Assembly (NCBI GenBank): GCA_040757625.1
Contig: JBFLWU010000010.1
Location: 56,898-120,897, forward strand
Length of the DNA stretch: 64,000 bases
Direction of reading: 5' to 3'
Source of the DNA: Thermodesulfobacteriota bacterium
GTDB taxonomy: Bacteria; Desulfobacterota; Desulfobacteria; Desulfobacterales; JARGFK01
How positions within the stretch are numbered: position 1 is the first letter of the stretch; each line of letters starts with the position of its first letter. The notes beneath the pieces are model-generated. The model was not told the DNA's origin, searched no databases, and saw only the letters and a list, made by a program, of their open reading frames with translations. This document shows, in pieces, positions 34,801 to 43,746 of this stretch. The position numbers and the translations under genes are program-made.

Positions 34801-36108
34801 ATGACGACAGCGAGCGACACTTACAACCGGTCCCTGGAACGGATGTTTAATCTCCGGCGTTTCGGAATCAAGCTGGGACTTGATACGATCCAATCCATGC
34901 TGGCCGGCCTGCACAATCCCCAGGACGCTTTCAGCAGCATTCATATTGCCGGCACCAACGGCAAAGGGTCAATTGCAGCGACGCTGGCCGCCATTCTGCA
35001 AGCGGCCGGGTACACCGTCGGACTCTATACCTCCCCCCATCTGGTCCGTTTTAATGAGAGAATCTGCATCAATCAAGCACCCATATCCGACGAAGATGTT
35101 TTAGCGGCCTATGAAGCGGTCGATTTAGATCGGCACCTCCGGCGCGAACCCACTTTTTTTGAATACACCACCGCAATGGCCCTGTATGAATTTCGCCGTA
35201 AAAAAGTCGACTGGGCCGTTATCGAGACCGGCATGGGCGGGCGCCTGGATGCCACCAACATCATCACTCCTGCGATTTCGATCATATCGAATGTCTCTCT
35301 CGAACACCGGCAGTATCTAGGCAATACTATCGCCCGGATCGCCCGCGAAAAGGGGGGCATCATCAAATCAGAGACTCCCTTGATCACCGGCGTCAGGCAG
35401 CCAAGCGCCGTCAAGGTGCTTGCCGAAATCGCCGCCGGCTGCTCCGCGCCGCTTTATTTTTACGGAAAAGCCTTTCGAACCGTCCGCAACCGCAACGGAT
35501 CATTTAATTATCTTGGAATCGAAACCACTTGGAAAAATCTGAAAACCACTTTAGCCGGCCGGTTTCAGGTTGATAACGCCGCCCTGGTCCTCGCGGCCTG
35601 CGAAATATTGAACAGCCGCAGCCTCGCGACTCTCTCCCTTGAAAGCATCCGCACCGGTTTTGCCCAGACCAAATGGCCGGGTCGTCTGGAAATCGTCACC
35701 ACCGCCCCGCTGGTGATCCTGGACGGCGCCCACAATCAGGCAGCTGCTAAAAACCTGGGAGCTTATTTGAGCGAAAACTTAAAAGGCCGAAGATTGACGC
35801 TGGTGGTGGGCATACTGGAAGACAAGCCATACAAAACCATGTTGCAGTCCCTGCTGCCGCACTGCAACCGGGCCATCCTCACCCGTCCCCGGATAGACCG
35901 GGGGCTTGCACCTGAAAAATTATATGCCGTCGCCAGAGAAATCGTGCCGGATGCCGTGATTCTGCCAGATGTTGACGCAGCCGTCACCGCTGCAATCGAA
36001 AGCGCATCTCCCCAGGATGCCGTCTGCATTGCCGGATCGCTCTATGTGGTCGGCGAGGCCAAGGAGACCCTGGATAGAAAGAGGCATCTGACCGTTAATA
36101 AGAATTAG
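34801..36108 (+). CDS. folC: Bifunctional folylpolyglutamate synthase / dihydrofolate synthase
   Basis: Mur-ligase-type P-loop HIAGTNGKGS. 435 aa. Confidence 0.9.
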   Translation: MTTASDTYNRSLERMFNLRRFGIKLGLDTIQSMLAGLHNPQDAFSSIHIAGTNGKGSIAATLAAILQAAGYTVGLYTSPHLVRFNERICINQAPISDEDVLAAYEAVDLDRHLRREPTFFEYTTAMALYEFRRKKVDWAVIETGMGGRLDATNIITPAISIISNVSLEHRQYLGNTIARIAREKGGIIKSETPLITGVRQPSAVKVLAEIAAGCSAPLYFYGKAFRTVRNRNGSFNYLGIETTWKNLKTTLAGRFQVDNAALVLAACEILNSRSLATLSLESIRTGFAQTKWPGRLEIVTTAPLVILDGAHNQAAAKNLGAYLSENLKGRRLTLVVGILEDKPYKTMLQSLLPHCNRAILTRPRIDRGLAPEKLYAVAREIVPDAVILPDVDAAVTAAIESASPQDAVCIAGSLYVVGEAKETLDRKRHLTVNKN

Positions 36109-36171
36109 GCGGCCGGCCGAAACATTCGGACTTGACTTCGCCAGCCTGATCAACTATTTTCTCTACACCGT

Positions 36172-36247
36172 GCGCCCGTGGCCCAGGGGATAGGGCGTCA
36201 GCCTCCGGAGCTGAAGATCGCTGGTTCGAGTCCAGCCGGGCGTACCA
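36172..36247 (+). tRNA. tRNA-Arg (anticodon CCG)
   Basis: 76-nt cloverleaf folded by hand: acceptor GCGCCCG/CGGGCGT (G1:U72), D arm GCCC-AGGGGATA-GGGC, anticodon arm TCAGC-CTCCGGA-GCTGA, T arm GCTGG-TTCGAGT-CCAGC, encoded CCA. Confidence 0.9.
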
Positions 36248-36259
36248 AATAGACCAAGT

Positions 36260-36327
36260 GAATACCTCCTTTTGATTATCGGGGACACTGCTGCCCGCTT
36301 CATAAGGAGGTATTCTTTTTATTTTTC
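36260..36327 (+). terminator. Putative terminator after tRNA-Arg
   Basis: 12-bp stem GAATACCTCCTT (36260-36271) / AAGGAGGTATTC (36304-36315) with a 32-nt loop, followed by TTTTTATTTTT. Confidence 0.5.
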
Positions 36328-36384
36328 AAACATGGAAGGTCATGTGCATTCCTTAATTTTCTTGTACGCGTTTTTGGCCAGAGC

Positions 36385-37665
36385 ATGAATCGACCGATAT
36401 TGAGCATAAAGGGCAATCCCATTTTCTGGGGCTGGTACGTGGTCTTTGGCACATTTGCCATCATGGTCATTACTTATGGCGTCCGGTATTCCTTCGGGGT
36501 ATTCGTCAAACCCATGTTTGCCGAGTACCATTGGCCCATGACGATCATCCAGCTCGGTGCCTCCATCAACCTTATCATGTATGCGCTTTCAAGCATTCTG
36601 GCCGGCCGGCTGCTGGACCGGTTTGCTCCCCGGGGGATCATGATCGCCGGAATTCTGCTGACCTCCGCCGGGCTGCTACTGGCAAGTCAGGTCAGGACGC
36701 CCCTTGGATTATATCTTTCCTACGGCGTTCTGGTTGGCGCCGGAACGGCCGGGTGCGGCATGGTGGTCAACAGCGTAACGGTCGCAAAATGGTTTAACCG
36801 TTACAGGGGACTGGCCATCGGCATCTCGTCAATGGGTATCGGAATCGGAACCATGCTGATGGCGCCGCTGGCCAGCTATATTGTCAAGCACCTGGGCTGG
36901 CGCAGTGGATTTTTATCCATCGGCATGCTGATGGTAATCGTTGGCATCCTCATCACCTGGACCCTTATGGGAAAAAGCGGGCCTGAGCAGATGGGCCTGC
37001 TCCCGGACGGGGACAAACCGGCCGGCGGCAGCGTATCCGTTCCGGCTCCCGGATCGCCCCCTGAAAAAACCTCACTTAAACCGATACTTGAAACCTCACA
37101 GTTCTGGATCCTCGTCATCTGTAACGTGCTGGCCGTCATGACCGTAATGATGACATTTAACTGTCAGATCGCCTACGCCATCAACCGGGGGATTAATGAC
37201 CTTGAGGCCGCTGCCGCTCTGGGAATCGTCGGTGTCACCGGAAGCTGCGGAAAGCTTTTCTTCGGATGGTTTTGTGATCGTGTGCGGGATGCCAAATATT
37301 CGGCCGCCACTGGTTTCATTATCATGGCGGTCGGAATGATGTTTCTTTTCAAGGCCGAAACCGTCGCGACGCTCTATATTTTCGCTCTGATTTATGGTTT
37401 CGGGTACGGTTCGCTGGCACCGGTAATGCCCTATATGATCTCGGATCGATTCGATCGGCGAGTGTTCGGATCGGCCTACGGGTTGCTGATATTTTTTGCA
37501 AACGGAGTCGGCGGCAGCATCGGGCCTGTTCTCGGCGGCTATATCTTTGATACGACCGGATCATATGGACCCGGCTGGCTTATATGCATCGTCATACTGA
37601 TAGTCGTGTCCGCTCTCATTCTCACCTTAAAACCCAAAAGCCTGGCTATTGAATCCAAAGGATGA
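36385..37665 (+). CDS. MFS transporter (oxalate/formate- or monocarboxylate-antiporter-like)
   Basis: 426 aa, about 12 hydrophobic segments. MFS-like loop motif GRLLDRFAPRG between TM2 and TM3. Confidence 0.7.
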   Translation: MNRPILSIKGNPIFWGWYVVFGTFAIMVITYGVRYSFGVFVKPMFAEYHWPMTIIQLGASINLIMYALSSILAGRLLDRFAPRGIMIAGILLTSAGLLLASQVRTPLGLYLSYGVLVGAGTAGCGMVVNSVTVAKWFNRYRGLAIGISSMGIGIGTMLMAPLASYIVKHLGWRSGFLSIGMLMVIVGILITWTLMGKSGPEQMGLLPDGDKPAGGSVSVPAPGSPPEKTSLKPILETSQFWILVICNVLAVMTVMMTFNCQIAYAINRGINDLEAAAALGIVGVTGSCGKLFFGWFCDRVRDAKYSAATGFIIMAVGMMFLFKAETVATLYIFALIYGFGYGSLAPVMPYMISDRFDRRVFGSAYGLLIFFANGVGGSIGPVLGGYIFDTTGSYGPGWLICIVILIVVSALILTLKPKSLAIESKG

Positions 37666-37793
37666 TGTTCTCAAGCAACCTCCGGCCTTAAGGTTCCCAA
37701 CGGCCGGTTTGAATCCTTCCTGTCGCATTCCTTTTAGCACTGTAAAATCAGCTTGACTTGCAATTTTAACCGCATGTGATTATTATTTTAGTC

Positions 37794-39551
37794 ATGAAAG
37801 AAGATAATGAAAAAATTCCCAGCCCTAAAAAGATTGAAAAAGAAATCAGCGAATTTCTGACCAAGAAATTCGGGGACAACGTTAAAATCATCTCACCCCT
37901 GGTGCTGCCCCGGGAGGAAACAGCGGAAAAGGACCGCCGCTATACACACACCGGCAAGGGGATCAATTTCAACATGAAACCCGAAGAACTGGTTGCGTAC
38001 CTGGACCAGTATATCGTCAGGCAGGAAAGCGCCAAAGCGATCCTGGCCACCAAGATCTGCACGCATTTTAACCGAATCAAACACGCCCGGGCCTCCGGCA
38101 GCAACATCAGCGAAATGGTCGGCCGCATTAAAAACAATGTCCTGATGATCGGTCCCACCGGCGTTGGCAAGACTTACATGATCAAGCTGATCGCTTCTAA
38201 GATCGGCGTCCCTTTTGTCAAGGGCGATGCCACCAAGTTCAGTGAAACCGGTTATGTCGGCGGCGATGTTGAAGATTTGGTGCGGGATCTGGTGCGGGAA
38301 GCGGACGGCGATATCGAACTGGCCCAGTACGGCATCATCTATATCGACGAAATCGACAAGATCGCCTCGAGCCGCAATATGATCGGAGCCGATGTTTCCC
38401 GCACGGGTGTCCAGCGGGCCCTTCTCAAGCCCCTGGAAGAAACCGAAGTCGATTTAAAAGTGCCGCACGACCCGATCTCGATGATGCAGGAAATCGAAAG
38501 GTTCCGCAAAACCGGCGAGCGGGACAAACGCACCGTTAACACCAAAAACATCCTGTTTATTGTTAGCGGCGCCTTTACGGAACTGATTCCCATCATCAGT
38601 AAACGCATATCCGACCAGGGGATCGGTTTCGGAGCCCATATTTCAAAGTCCCAGGAACAGGTCGATGTTCTCAAGCATGTCCGCTCGGAAGATCTGATCG
38701 CCTTCGGTTTCGAATCCGAGTTTGTGGGACGGCTGCCGGTCAGGTCCGTGTTTGAAAAACTCACGGAAGCGGACCTGTTCGAAATACTGAAAAATCCCAA
38801 CAATCCGATCATTCTGGGTAAAAAGCTCGACTTCAGCGCCTACGGCATCGACATTAAATTCGAGGACGAGGCCCTTCGGATTTTGGCCGGGCATGCTTTT
38901 GAAGAGAACACCGGCGCCAGAGGATTGATCAGCGCCGTTGAAAAAGCTCTGTTGGAGTTTGAAAAGAAACTGCCTTCCACCCACGTCAAAAAATTCGCGG
39001 TCACCGCAACCGTGATCCAAAAGCCCCGGGAAGCCCTCAAAGACCTCCTGGCGACGGCGACCGATAAAAAATGGGACGACGCGTTTGAACGTCTGGTTCG
39101 AGCGGAAAAGGAATTTGTAAAAGAATACGTCCGCCAGAACCAGGGCAATCTAACGAAAAAGTACAACCTGACGCTGACCCCTTCCCGGATCGACATCCTG
39201 GCGACCTTCTACTGCCGGCACGTGATGGATATCAATCACGCCGTTCAAAAAATAAAGACGTTCTATGACGAAATCAAAAACCTGGAATTGTCCTTTTTCA
39301 AGAGCCATGATATCAACATCGTACTCGAGGACGACGCCGTTGATTATATCATCGAACAGGTGGTCAGTTCATCGGCTTCGATTGCATCCTTCTACGACCG
39401 GATGTCCGCCGACCTGAAGCTCGGATTGAAACTGATTCAGGAAAAAACCAATAAAAACCGTTTTTTTATCAACCGTCAGGCTTTGATGGATCCGGAAACA
39501 TTCTTAAACATCCTGATTAAGAATGAGTTGAGCCTGCTTAAAGAAGCTTGA
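37794..39551 (+). CDS. ClpX-like AAA+ unfoldase lacking the N-terminal zinc-binding domain, with ~170-aa C-terminal extension
   Basis: Walker A GPTGVGKT, Walker B IIYIDEIDK, pore-1 loop GYVG, IGF-type loop QGIGFGA, sensor-2 TGARGL. No Cys cluster in the first 70 aa. ATG 37794 is preferred over GTG 37776. Confidence 0.75.
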   Translation: MKEDNEKIPSPKKIEKEISEFLTKKFGDNVKIISPLVLPREETAEKDRRYTHTGKGINFNMKPEELVAYLDQYIVRQESAKAILATKICTHFNRIKHARASGSNISEMVGRIKNNVLMIGPTGVGKTYMIKLIASKIGVPFVKGDATKFSETGYVGGDVEDLVRDLVREADGDIELAQYGIIYIDEIDKIASSRNMIGADVSRTGVQRALLKPLEETEVDLKVPHDPISMMQEIERFRKTGERDKRTVNTKNILFIVSGAFTELIPIISKRISDQGIGFGAHISKSQEQVDVLKHVRSEDLIAFGFESEFVGRLPVRSVFEKLTEADLFEILKNPNNPIILGKKLDFSAYGIDIKFEDEALRILAGHAFEENTGARGLISAVEKALLEFEKKLPSTHVKKFAVTATVIQKPREALKDLLATATDKKWDDAFERLVRAEKEFVKEYVRQNQGNLTKKYNLTLTPSRIDILATFYCRHVMDINHAVQKIKTFYDEIKNLELSFFKSHDINIVLEDDAVDYIIEQVVSSSASIASFYDRMSADLKLGLKLIQEKTNKNRFFINRQALMDPETFLNILIKNELSLLKEA

Positions 39552-39567
39552 TTCAAAGGAGTGAGCG

Positions 39568-40542
39568 ATGCTTTTTCCCGATTACCGCCCCCGGCGTTTG
39601 CGCCGCAGCGAGGCTTTTCGACGCATGATCCGCGAAACAACCCTTTCCGTGGACGATTTTATTATGCCCCTTTTTGCCATCGGCGGCAAAGGGGTCCGAA
39701 ACCCGATTCCCTCCATGCCCGGACAATACCAGTTATCCCTGGACCATCTGGTGAAGGTCGCCAAAGAGGCCGTTTCCCTCCGGATACCTGCGGTCATGCT
39801 GTTCGGCATCCCTGAAAAAAAGGACTCCCTGGGTACGGGCGCCTATGCCAAGGACGGTATCGTTCAGAAAGCGGTGAAGGAGCTGAAAAACAAGGTTCCC
39901 GGCCTGGCGGTCATCACCGATGTCTGCCTGTGTCAGTACACCGACCACGGTCATTGCGGCGTGGTGGAGGGCGATACCATCGACAATGACGCTTCTCTGG
40001 ACCTGCTTGCCCGAACCGCCCTTTCCCATGCCAAGGCCGGCGCCGACATGGTGGCGCCCTCCGACATGATGGACGGCCGCGTGGCTGAAATCCGCGCCAT
40101 TCTGGACGACGACAATTTCAGCCATATTTCCATCATGTCCTATGCCGTCAAATACTGCTCGGCTTATTACGGACCGTTTCGCGAGGCCGCGGATTCATCG
40201 CCGAAGTTCGGTGACCGCCGGACCTATCAGATGGACCCTGCCAATGCTCTCGAATCCATCCGTGAGGCCGCCATGGACGTGGAAGAAGGCGCCGACATCA
40301 TCATGGTCAAACCCGCCCTGCCCTATCTGGATATCATTTATCGCGTTCGCGAGGAGATCGACCTCCCCATCGCAGCCTATAACGTCAGCGGCGAATACGC
40401 CATGATCAAGGCTGCCGACAAAATGGGTTGGCTGGACGGCAGCAAGGTCATGCTGGAAACATTGACCGCCATCAAACGCGCCGGCGCAGATACCATCCTG
40501 ACCTATTTTGCGCTGGAAGCCGCCCGAATCTTGCAACCCTGA
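39568..40542 (+). CDS. hemB: Porphobilinogen synthase (delta-aminolevulinate dehydratase), zinc type
   Basis: Zinc-binding DVCLCQYTDHGHCG and the active-site Lys region IMVKPALPYLD. 324 aa. Confidence 0.95.
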   Translation: MLFPDYRPRRLRRSEAFRRMIRETTLSVDDFIMPLFAIGGKGVRNPIPSMPGQYQLSLDHLVKVAKEAVSLRIPAVMLFGIPEKKDSLGTGAYAKDGIVQKAVKELKNKVPGLAVITDVCLCQYTDHGHCGVVEGDTIDNDASLDLLARTALSHAKAGADMVAPSDMMDGRVAEIRAILDDDNFSHISIMSYAVKYCSAYYGPFREAADSSPKFGDRRTYQMDPANALESIREAAMDVEEGADIIMVKPALPYLDIIYRVREEIDLPIAAYNVSGEYAMIKAADKMGWLDGSKVMLETLTAIKRAGADTILTYFALEAARILQP

Positions 40543-40598
40543 AATTTTGAACAGGACCCCGTTTGGGCAGCTGCGGCTGCAGTCGAACAGCCGATTCC

Positions 40599-40631
40599 GG
40601 TCCGCAACCGACGGACCTTTATAATTTTATT
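40599..40631 (+). terminator. Putative terminator after hemB
   Basis: GGTCCG-CAACCGA-CGGACC followed by TTTATAATTTTATT. Confidence 0.5.
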
Positions 40632-40974
40632 GACTCTTGGGGGCCTGACCGGTTAAATAATTAAAGGGTGTATAATCTTTTCCCTTTTAGCTGGCGGAAA
40701 GTTCCCGCTGCAGTGCGTGAAACTGTTTGATGATCTGAGTGAACGTTGGGCCGAACAGTTGAACATCCTCCTCTTACTCGGCCCTTGAAGCTCAAATTTC
40801 TCAGAAATCATTTCAACTGTCAGATCCAGTTCGGCTTTGCGATCACACGGTTCAGAGTTTTTCACGCCGACAGCGGAAAGCTTTCGCCGGCCGCAAAATC
40901 AAACTTGATTTGGATTATAGACCCGATAATCAATACGCATTTCATAACTGACAACCCACTCAAGAGGTTTTGCC

Positions 40975-41580
40975 ATGAAGATCAAGGACCTTATGATTCA
41001 TGAACCGATTACCGTTACGGATAAGGCCTCGATTCAGGATGCCATCGAATTGATGAAGATCAACTCCATCCGTCACCTGCCGGTGGTCTCCCGGGCCAAC
41101 AAATTAAAGGGATTTGTCACACTGGCCGATTTGAAACAGGGACTTATCCCCTCCATGCTGGGAAACCTGACGCTCAAAGACCTCATGATCAAAAAGCCCA
41201 TCACCGTATCGCCGGACGACGATATCGAAATTGCGGCCCGGCTCATTTACAAATATAAAATCGGAGGGATGCCGGTCATAAAAAATAATACGCCGGTGGG
41301 CATCATTACCGAAACGGACATTCTGAGAGCATTTATCGATATGATGGGTATTCTCAATGCCAGTTCCCGCATCGACGTGGAAATGGAGGATACCCCCGGG
41401 GCATTCAAAAAAGCCTCCCAGATCATCCAGGACAAAGGCGGCGACATCATTAATGTCGGAATGACGATCCGGCAAAAGGGGAAACGAACCTATTTTTTCC
41501 GCCTGTTTTCCTGTAAAACCGGCATGATCAAAAAAGCGCTCGAAGCCGAAGGCTTCAGCGTCCCCGAGGCAATGAATTAG
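40975..41580 (+). CDS. CBS-pair plus ACT domain protein (AcuB-like)
   Basis: Two CBS motifs (MIHEPITVTDKASIQDAIELMKINSIRHLPVV; MIKKPITVSPDDDIEIAARLIYKYKIGGMPVI) and a C-terminal ACT-like ~70 aa. Confidence 0.7.
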   Translation: MKIKDLMIHEPITVTDKASIQDAIELMKINSIRHLPVVSRANKLKGFVTLADLKQGLIPSMLGNLTLKDLMIKKPITVSPDDDIEIAARLIYKYKIGGMPVIKNNTPVGIITETDILRAFIDMMGILNASSRIDVEMEDTPGAFKKASQIIQDKGGDIINVGMTIRQKGKRTYFFRLFSCKTGMIKKALEAEGFSVPEAMN

Positions 41581-41653
41581 ACGCGCGTGTATTTCTTTGA
41601 AGCGCTAAGGAAAAATCGCACAGCCGGTGAAAAGCTGACTTGCATGGTTTTAA

Positions 41654-41679
41654 GGCCTTCGGCAAAAGGTCTTTTTTTT
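41654..41679 (+). terminator. Rho-independent terminator after the CBS/ACT gene
   Basis: GGCCTT-CGGCAA-AAGGTC (one G:U pair) followed by T8. Confidence 0.6.
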
Positions 41680-41850
41680 GTGCAGCATCCATACGCGCCC
41701 TGCACGACGTCCAATCAGGAAGCGCGACACCGCCCCGCTGAAAAGGGTCTGCATAAATCCGAGGTCTACGGGGCAGAAAAAACATTCACCGCACGGAGCA
41801 GGATATCAGGGATGACGGCCTGGATCGCCGCCAGACGATTTGTCTGAATT

Positions 41851-41972
41851 GAAGATTCCCTGCAGCAAACTGCAGGGAATCTTCGACCGTAATGACTCTA
41901 AATCTGATTCTTATATTCGCTCGCATTCCCCGCAGCAAGCTGCGGGGCATGCGAGCGCTTTTGCGGTTCAAC
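41851..41972. repeat. Nested-hairpin intergenic repeat, family 1, copy c (most complete)
   Basis: Perfect 15-bp hairpin GAAGATTCCCTGCAG-CAAA-CTGCAGGGAATCTTC (41851-41884). Nested hairpin GCTCGCAT[T-CCCCGCAG-CAAG-CTGCGGGG-C]ATGCGAGC (41919-41956). Ends ...CTTTTGCGGTTCAAC. Confidence 0.8.
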
Positions 41973-41987
41973 CTGCCGGGAGTGGGT

Positions 41988-42641
41988 ATGCTCAGTTATA
42001 TCTTTAAAAAACAGTCGCACGTGGAAAGACTGATTTACGATTATCTGGATACGCTCCAATCGACTCAGAAAAACTTTTTAAACGCGCTGGAGGCATGCCT
42101 GCTCAACGGCGTTTTCTGTGAAAATTTTGAATATCTGATCATCCAGACCCACAAGTTTGAATCCAGGGCCGACGACATCCGCGAAGAAGTTAAGTCCCTG
42201 ATGTATGAAAAGGCGCTGATCCCCGAATCCCGCGGCGATATCATGCTGCTGCTCGATAGCATCGACATCATCCCCCACCTTTTTGAAAAGGTGCTGTACT
42301 CGATCCAGACCCAGAAACTCACCCTTCCGGATTTCATCATACCCGACACCAAGGAACTGATTAAAATCAGCCTGGAGTGCTGCGATTTAATGATCCGGGA
42401 GGTCATTGCACTTTTTAAAAAAAATGAACGTATTCGCGACCTCCTGACCCAGATCGACAGCAATGAAAGCCACTGCGACCATATCGAACGGCGGATTATC
42501 ATCAAAATTTTCGATGCCGCCATCGATCCTTTTCAAAAGCTTCAGTTAAAGGAACTGATCGGGTTGATCGGAGAAATTTCAGATCAGGCCGACCGGGTCT
42601 CCAAGCGAATCAATATTATCAACATCAAACGGCGGGTCTGA
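41988..42641 (+). CDS. DUF47 / PhoU-like accessory protein of PiT phosphate transporters
   Basis: ATG 41988 (MLSYIFKKQSHVERLIYDYLD...). The track ORF start at 41892 runs through the repeat. 1-nt overlap with the downstream PiT gene, which is the usual pairing. Confidence 0.7.
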   Translation: MLSYIFKKQSHVERLIYDYLDTLQSTQKNFLNALEACLLNGVFCENFEYLIIQTHKFESRADDIREEVKSLMYEKALIPESRGDIMLLLDSIDIIPHLFEKVLYSIQTQKLTLPDFIIPDTKELIKISLECCDLMIREVIALFKKNERIRDLLTQIDSNESHCDHIERRIIIKIFDAAIDPFQKLQLKELIGLIGEISDQADRVSKRINIINIKRRV

Positions 42642-43591
42642 TGTTCTCACTTCTGGGAGGTATTTTTCTAGGATGGTCCCTGGGTGCCAATGACGCGGCC
42701 AATGTGTTCGGAACGGCCGTATCATCAAAAATGCTGAAATTCCACACAGCCGCGGTACTGGCCTCCGTCTTTGTCATCATCGGCGCACTGGTGTCCGGTC
42801 AGGCCGGCATTGAAACCCTTAAAGGCTTGACGGTCTTTAACCTTGAACAGGCGGTGATATCCTCGGTGGCGGCAGCTTTCACCGTGACGATCATGACGGC
42901 GTTTGGTCTGCCGGTATCCACTTCCCAAGCGGTTGTGGGGGCAATAGTGGGAATCGGTTTTTTAAACAATCAAATCAATTTTACCGGCCTGGGAAAGGTC
43001 GTTTCCTGCTGGGTGGGAACACCCATCGGGGCGGCAATCATCGCCTTTTTTCTTTATCGTTGGCTCGGCCGCCTCTATAATCGCGCCGATCTCAACCTCT
43101 TCGAGTCCGACGCGCTGCTGCGGCTGTCGCTGATCGTAGCGGGTATTTACGGGGCTTACACGCTGGGGGCCAATAATGTCGCCAATGTAACGGCCGTCTT
43201 TGTCGGCGCCGGACTAATCAGTGTTTTTTCAGCGGCCCTCATCGGCGGCGTCAGCATTGCTCTGGGCGTTATGACCTACAGTCGACCGGTTATGGAAACA
43301 GTCGGAAAAAAACTGGTTCGGCTGGACCCCTTTTCAGCCCTCATCGTAGTCCTTTCCCTCTCGGTGTCGGTTCATATCTTTACCCTCATCGGCGTTCCGG
43401 TTTCAACGTCCCAGGGGGTCATCGGCGCGGTCCTGGGCATCGGCATCGTCAAAGGCGCCAACACCATCAGCCGCAGAACCCTTCTTAACATCCTGATCGG
43501 GTGGCTGCTGACGCCGGTTCTGGCCTGCCTTTGCGCCCTGACCATATTTTTCCTCCTCCATTTATACTATATACCCCCCAACTATGCTTAA
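42641..43591 (+). CDS. PiT-family inorganic phosphate transporter
   Basis: Duplicated PiT signature GANDAANVFGTAVSS (N-terminal half) and GANNVANVTAV (C-terminal half). 316-aa polytopic protein. Confidence 0.85.
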   Translation: MFSLLGGIFLGWSLGANDAANVFGTAVSSKMLKFHTAAVLASVFVIIGALVSGQAGIETLKGLTVFNLEQAVISSVAAAFTVTIMTAFGLPVSTSQAVVGAIVGIGFLNNQINFTGLGKVVSCWVGTPIGAAIIAFFLYRWLGRLYNRADLNLFESDALLRLSLIVAGIYGAYTLGANNVANVTAVFVGAGLISVFSAALIGGVSIALGVMTYSRPVMETVGKKLVRLDPFSALIVVLSLSVSVHIFTLIGVPVSTSQGVIGAVLGIGIVKGANTISRRTLLNILIGWLLTPVLACLCALTIFFLLHLYYIPPNYA

Positions 43592-43736
43592 CAGGCTGCT
43601 AAAAAACAAGGATCAGGTTGCCTGGCAAAGCGCGCGGCGATTCGACAAGCGCAGCATATTCAAATATATGTGAGCATTGGAGAGTGCCGCGCAACGCCGT
43701 CTGGCAACCCCAGACGCAGTTTATCCACAGCCTGTT
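43590..43736. repeat. Structured intergenic repeat, family 2, copy C
   Basis: Arms AACAGGCTGCTAAAAAAC / GTTTATCCACAGCCTGTT. Stems GGTTGCC (43616-43622)/GGCAACC (43703-43709), GCGCGGC (43632-43638)/GCCGCGC (43686-43692) and CATAT/ATATG (43654-43670). Shares AAGCGCAGCATA...TATGTGAGCATT with copy A. Confidence 0.7.
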
Positions 43737-43746
43737 AGAGACCGGA

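Noticed and set aside
34312-34944. 210-aa minus-strand ORF spanning the adk end, rpsU and the folC start.
   Set aside because: It overlaps three well-supported plus-strand genes and a clear terminator, and its product has no motifs.
36172-37700. tRNA-Arg as an integration hotspot for a genomic island.
   Set aside because: No integrase, no direct repeat of the tRNA 3' end, and no compositional break visible downstream. The neighbouring genes are an MFS transporter and housekeeping genes.
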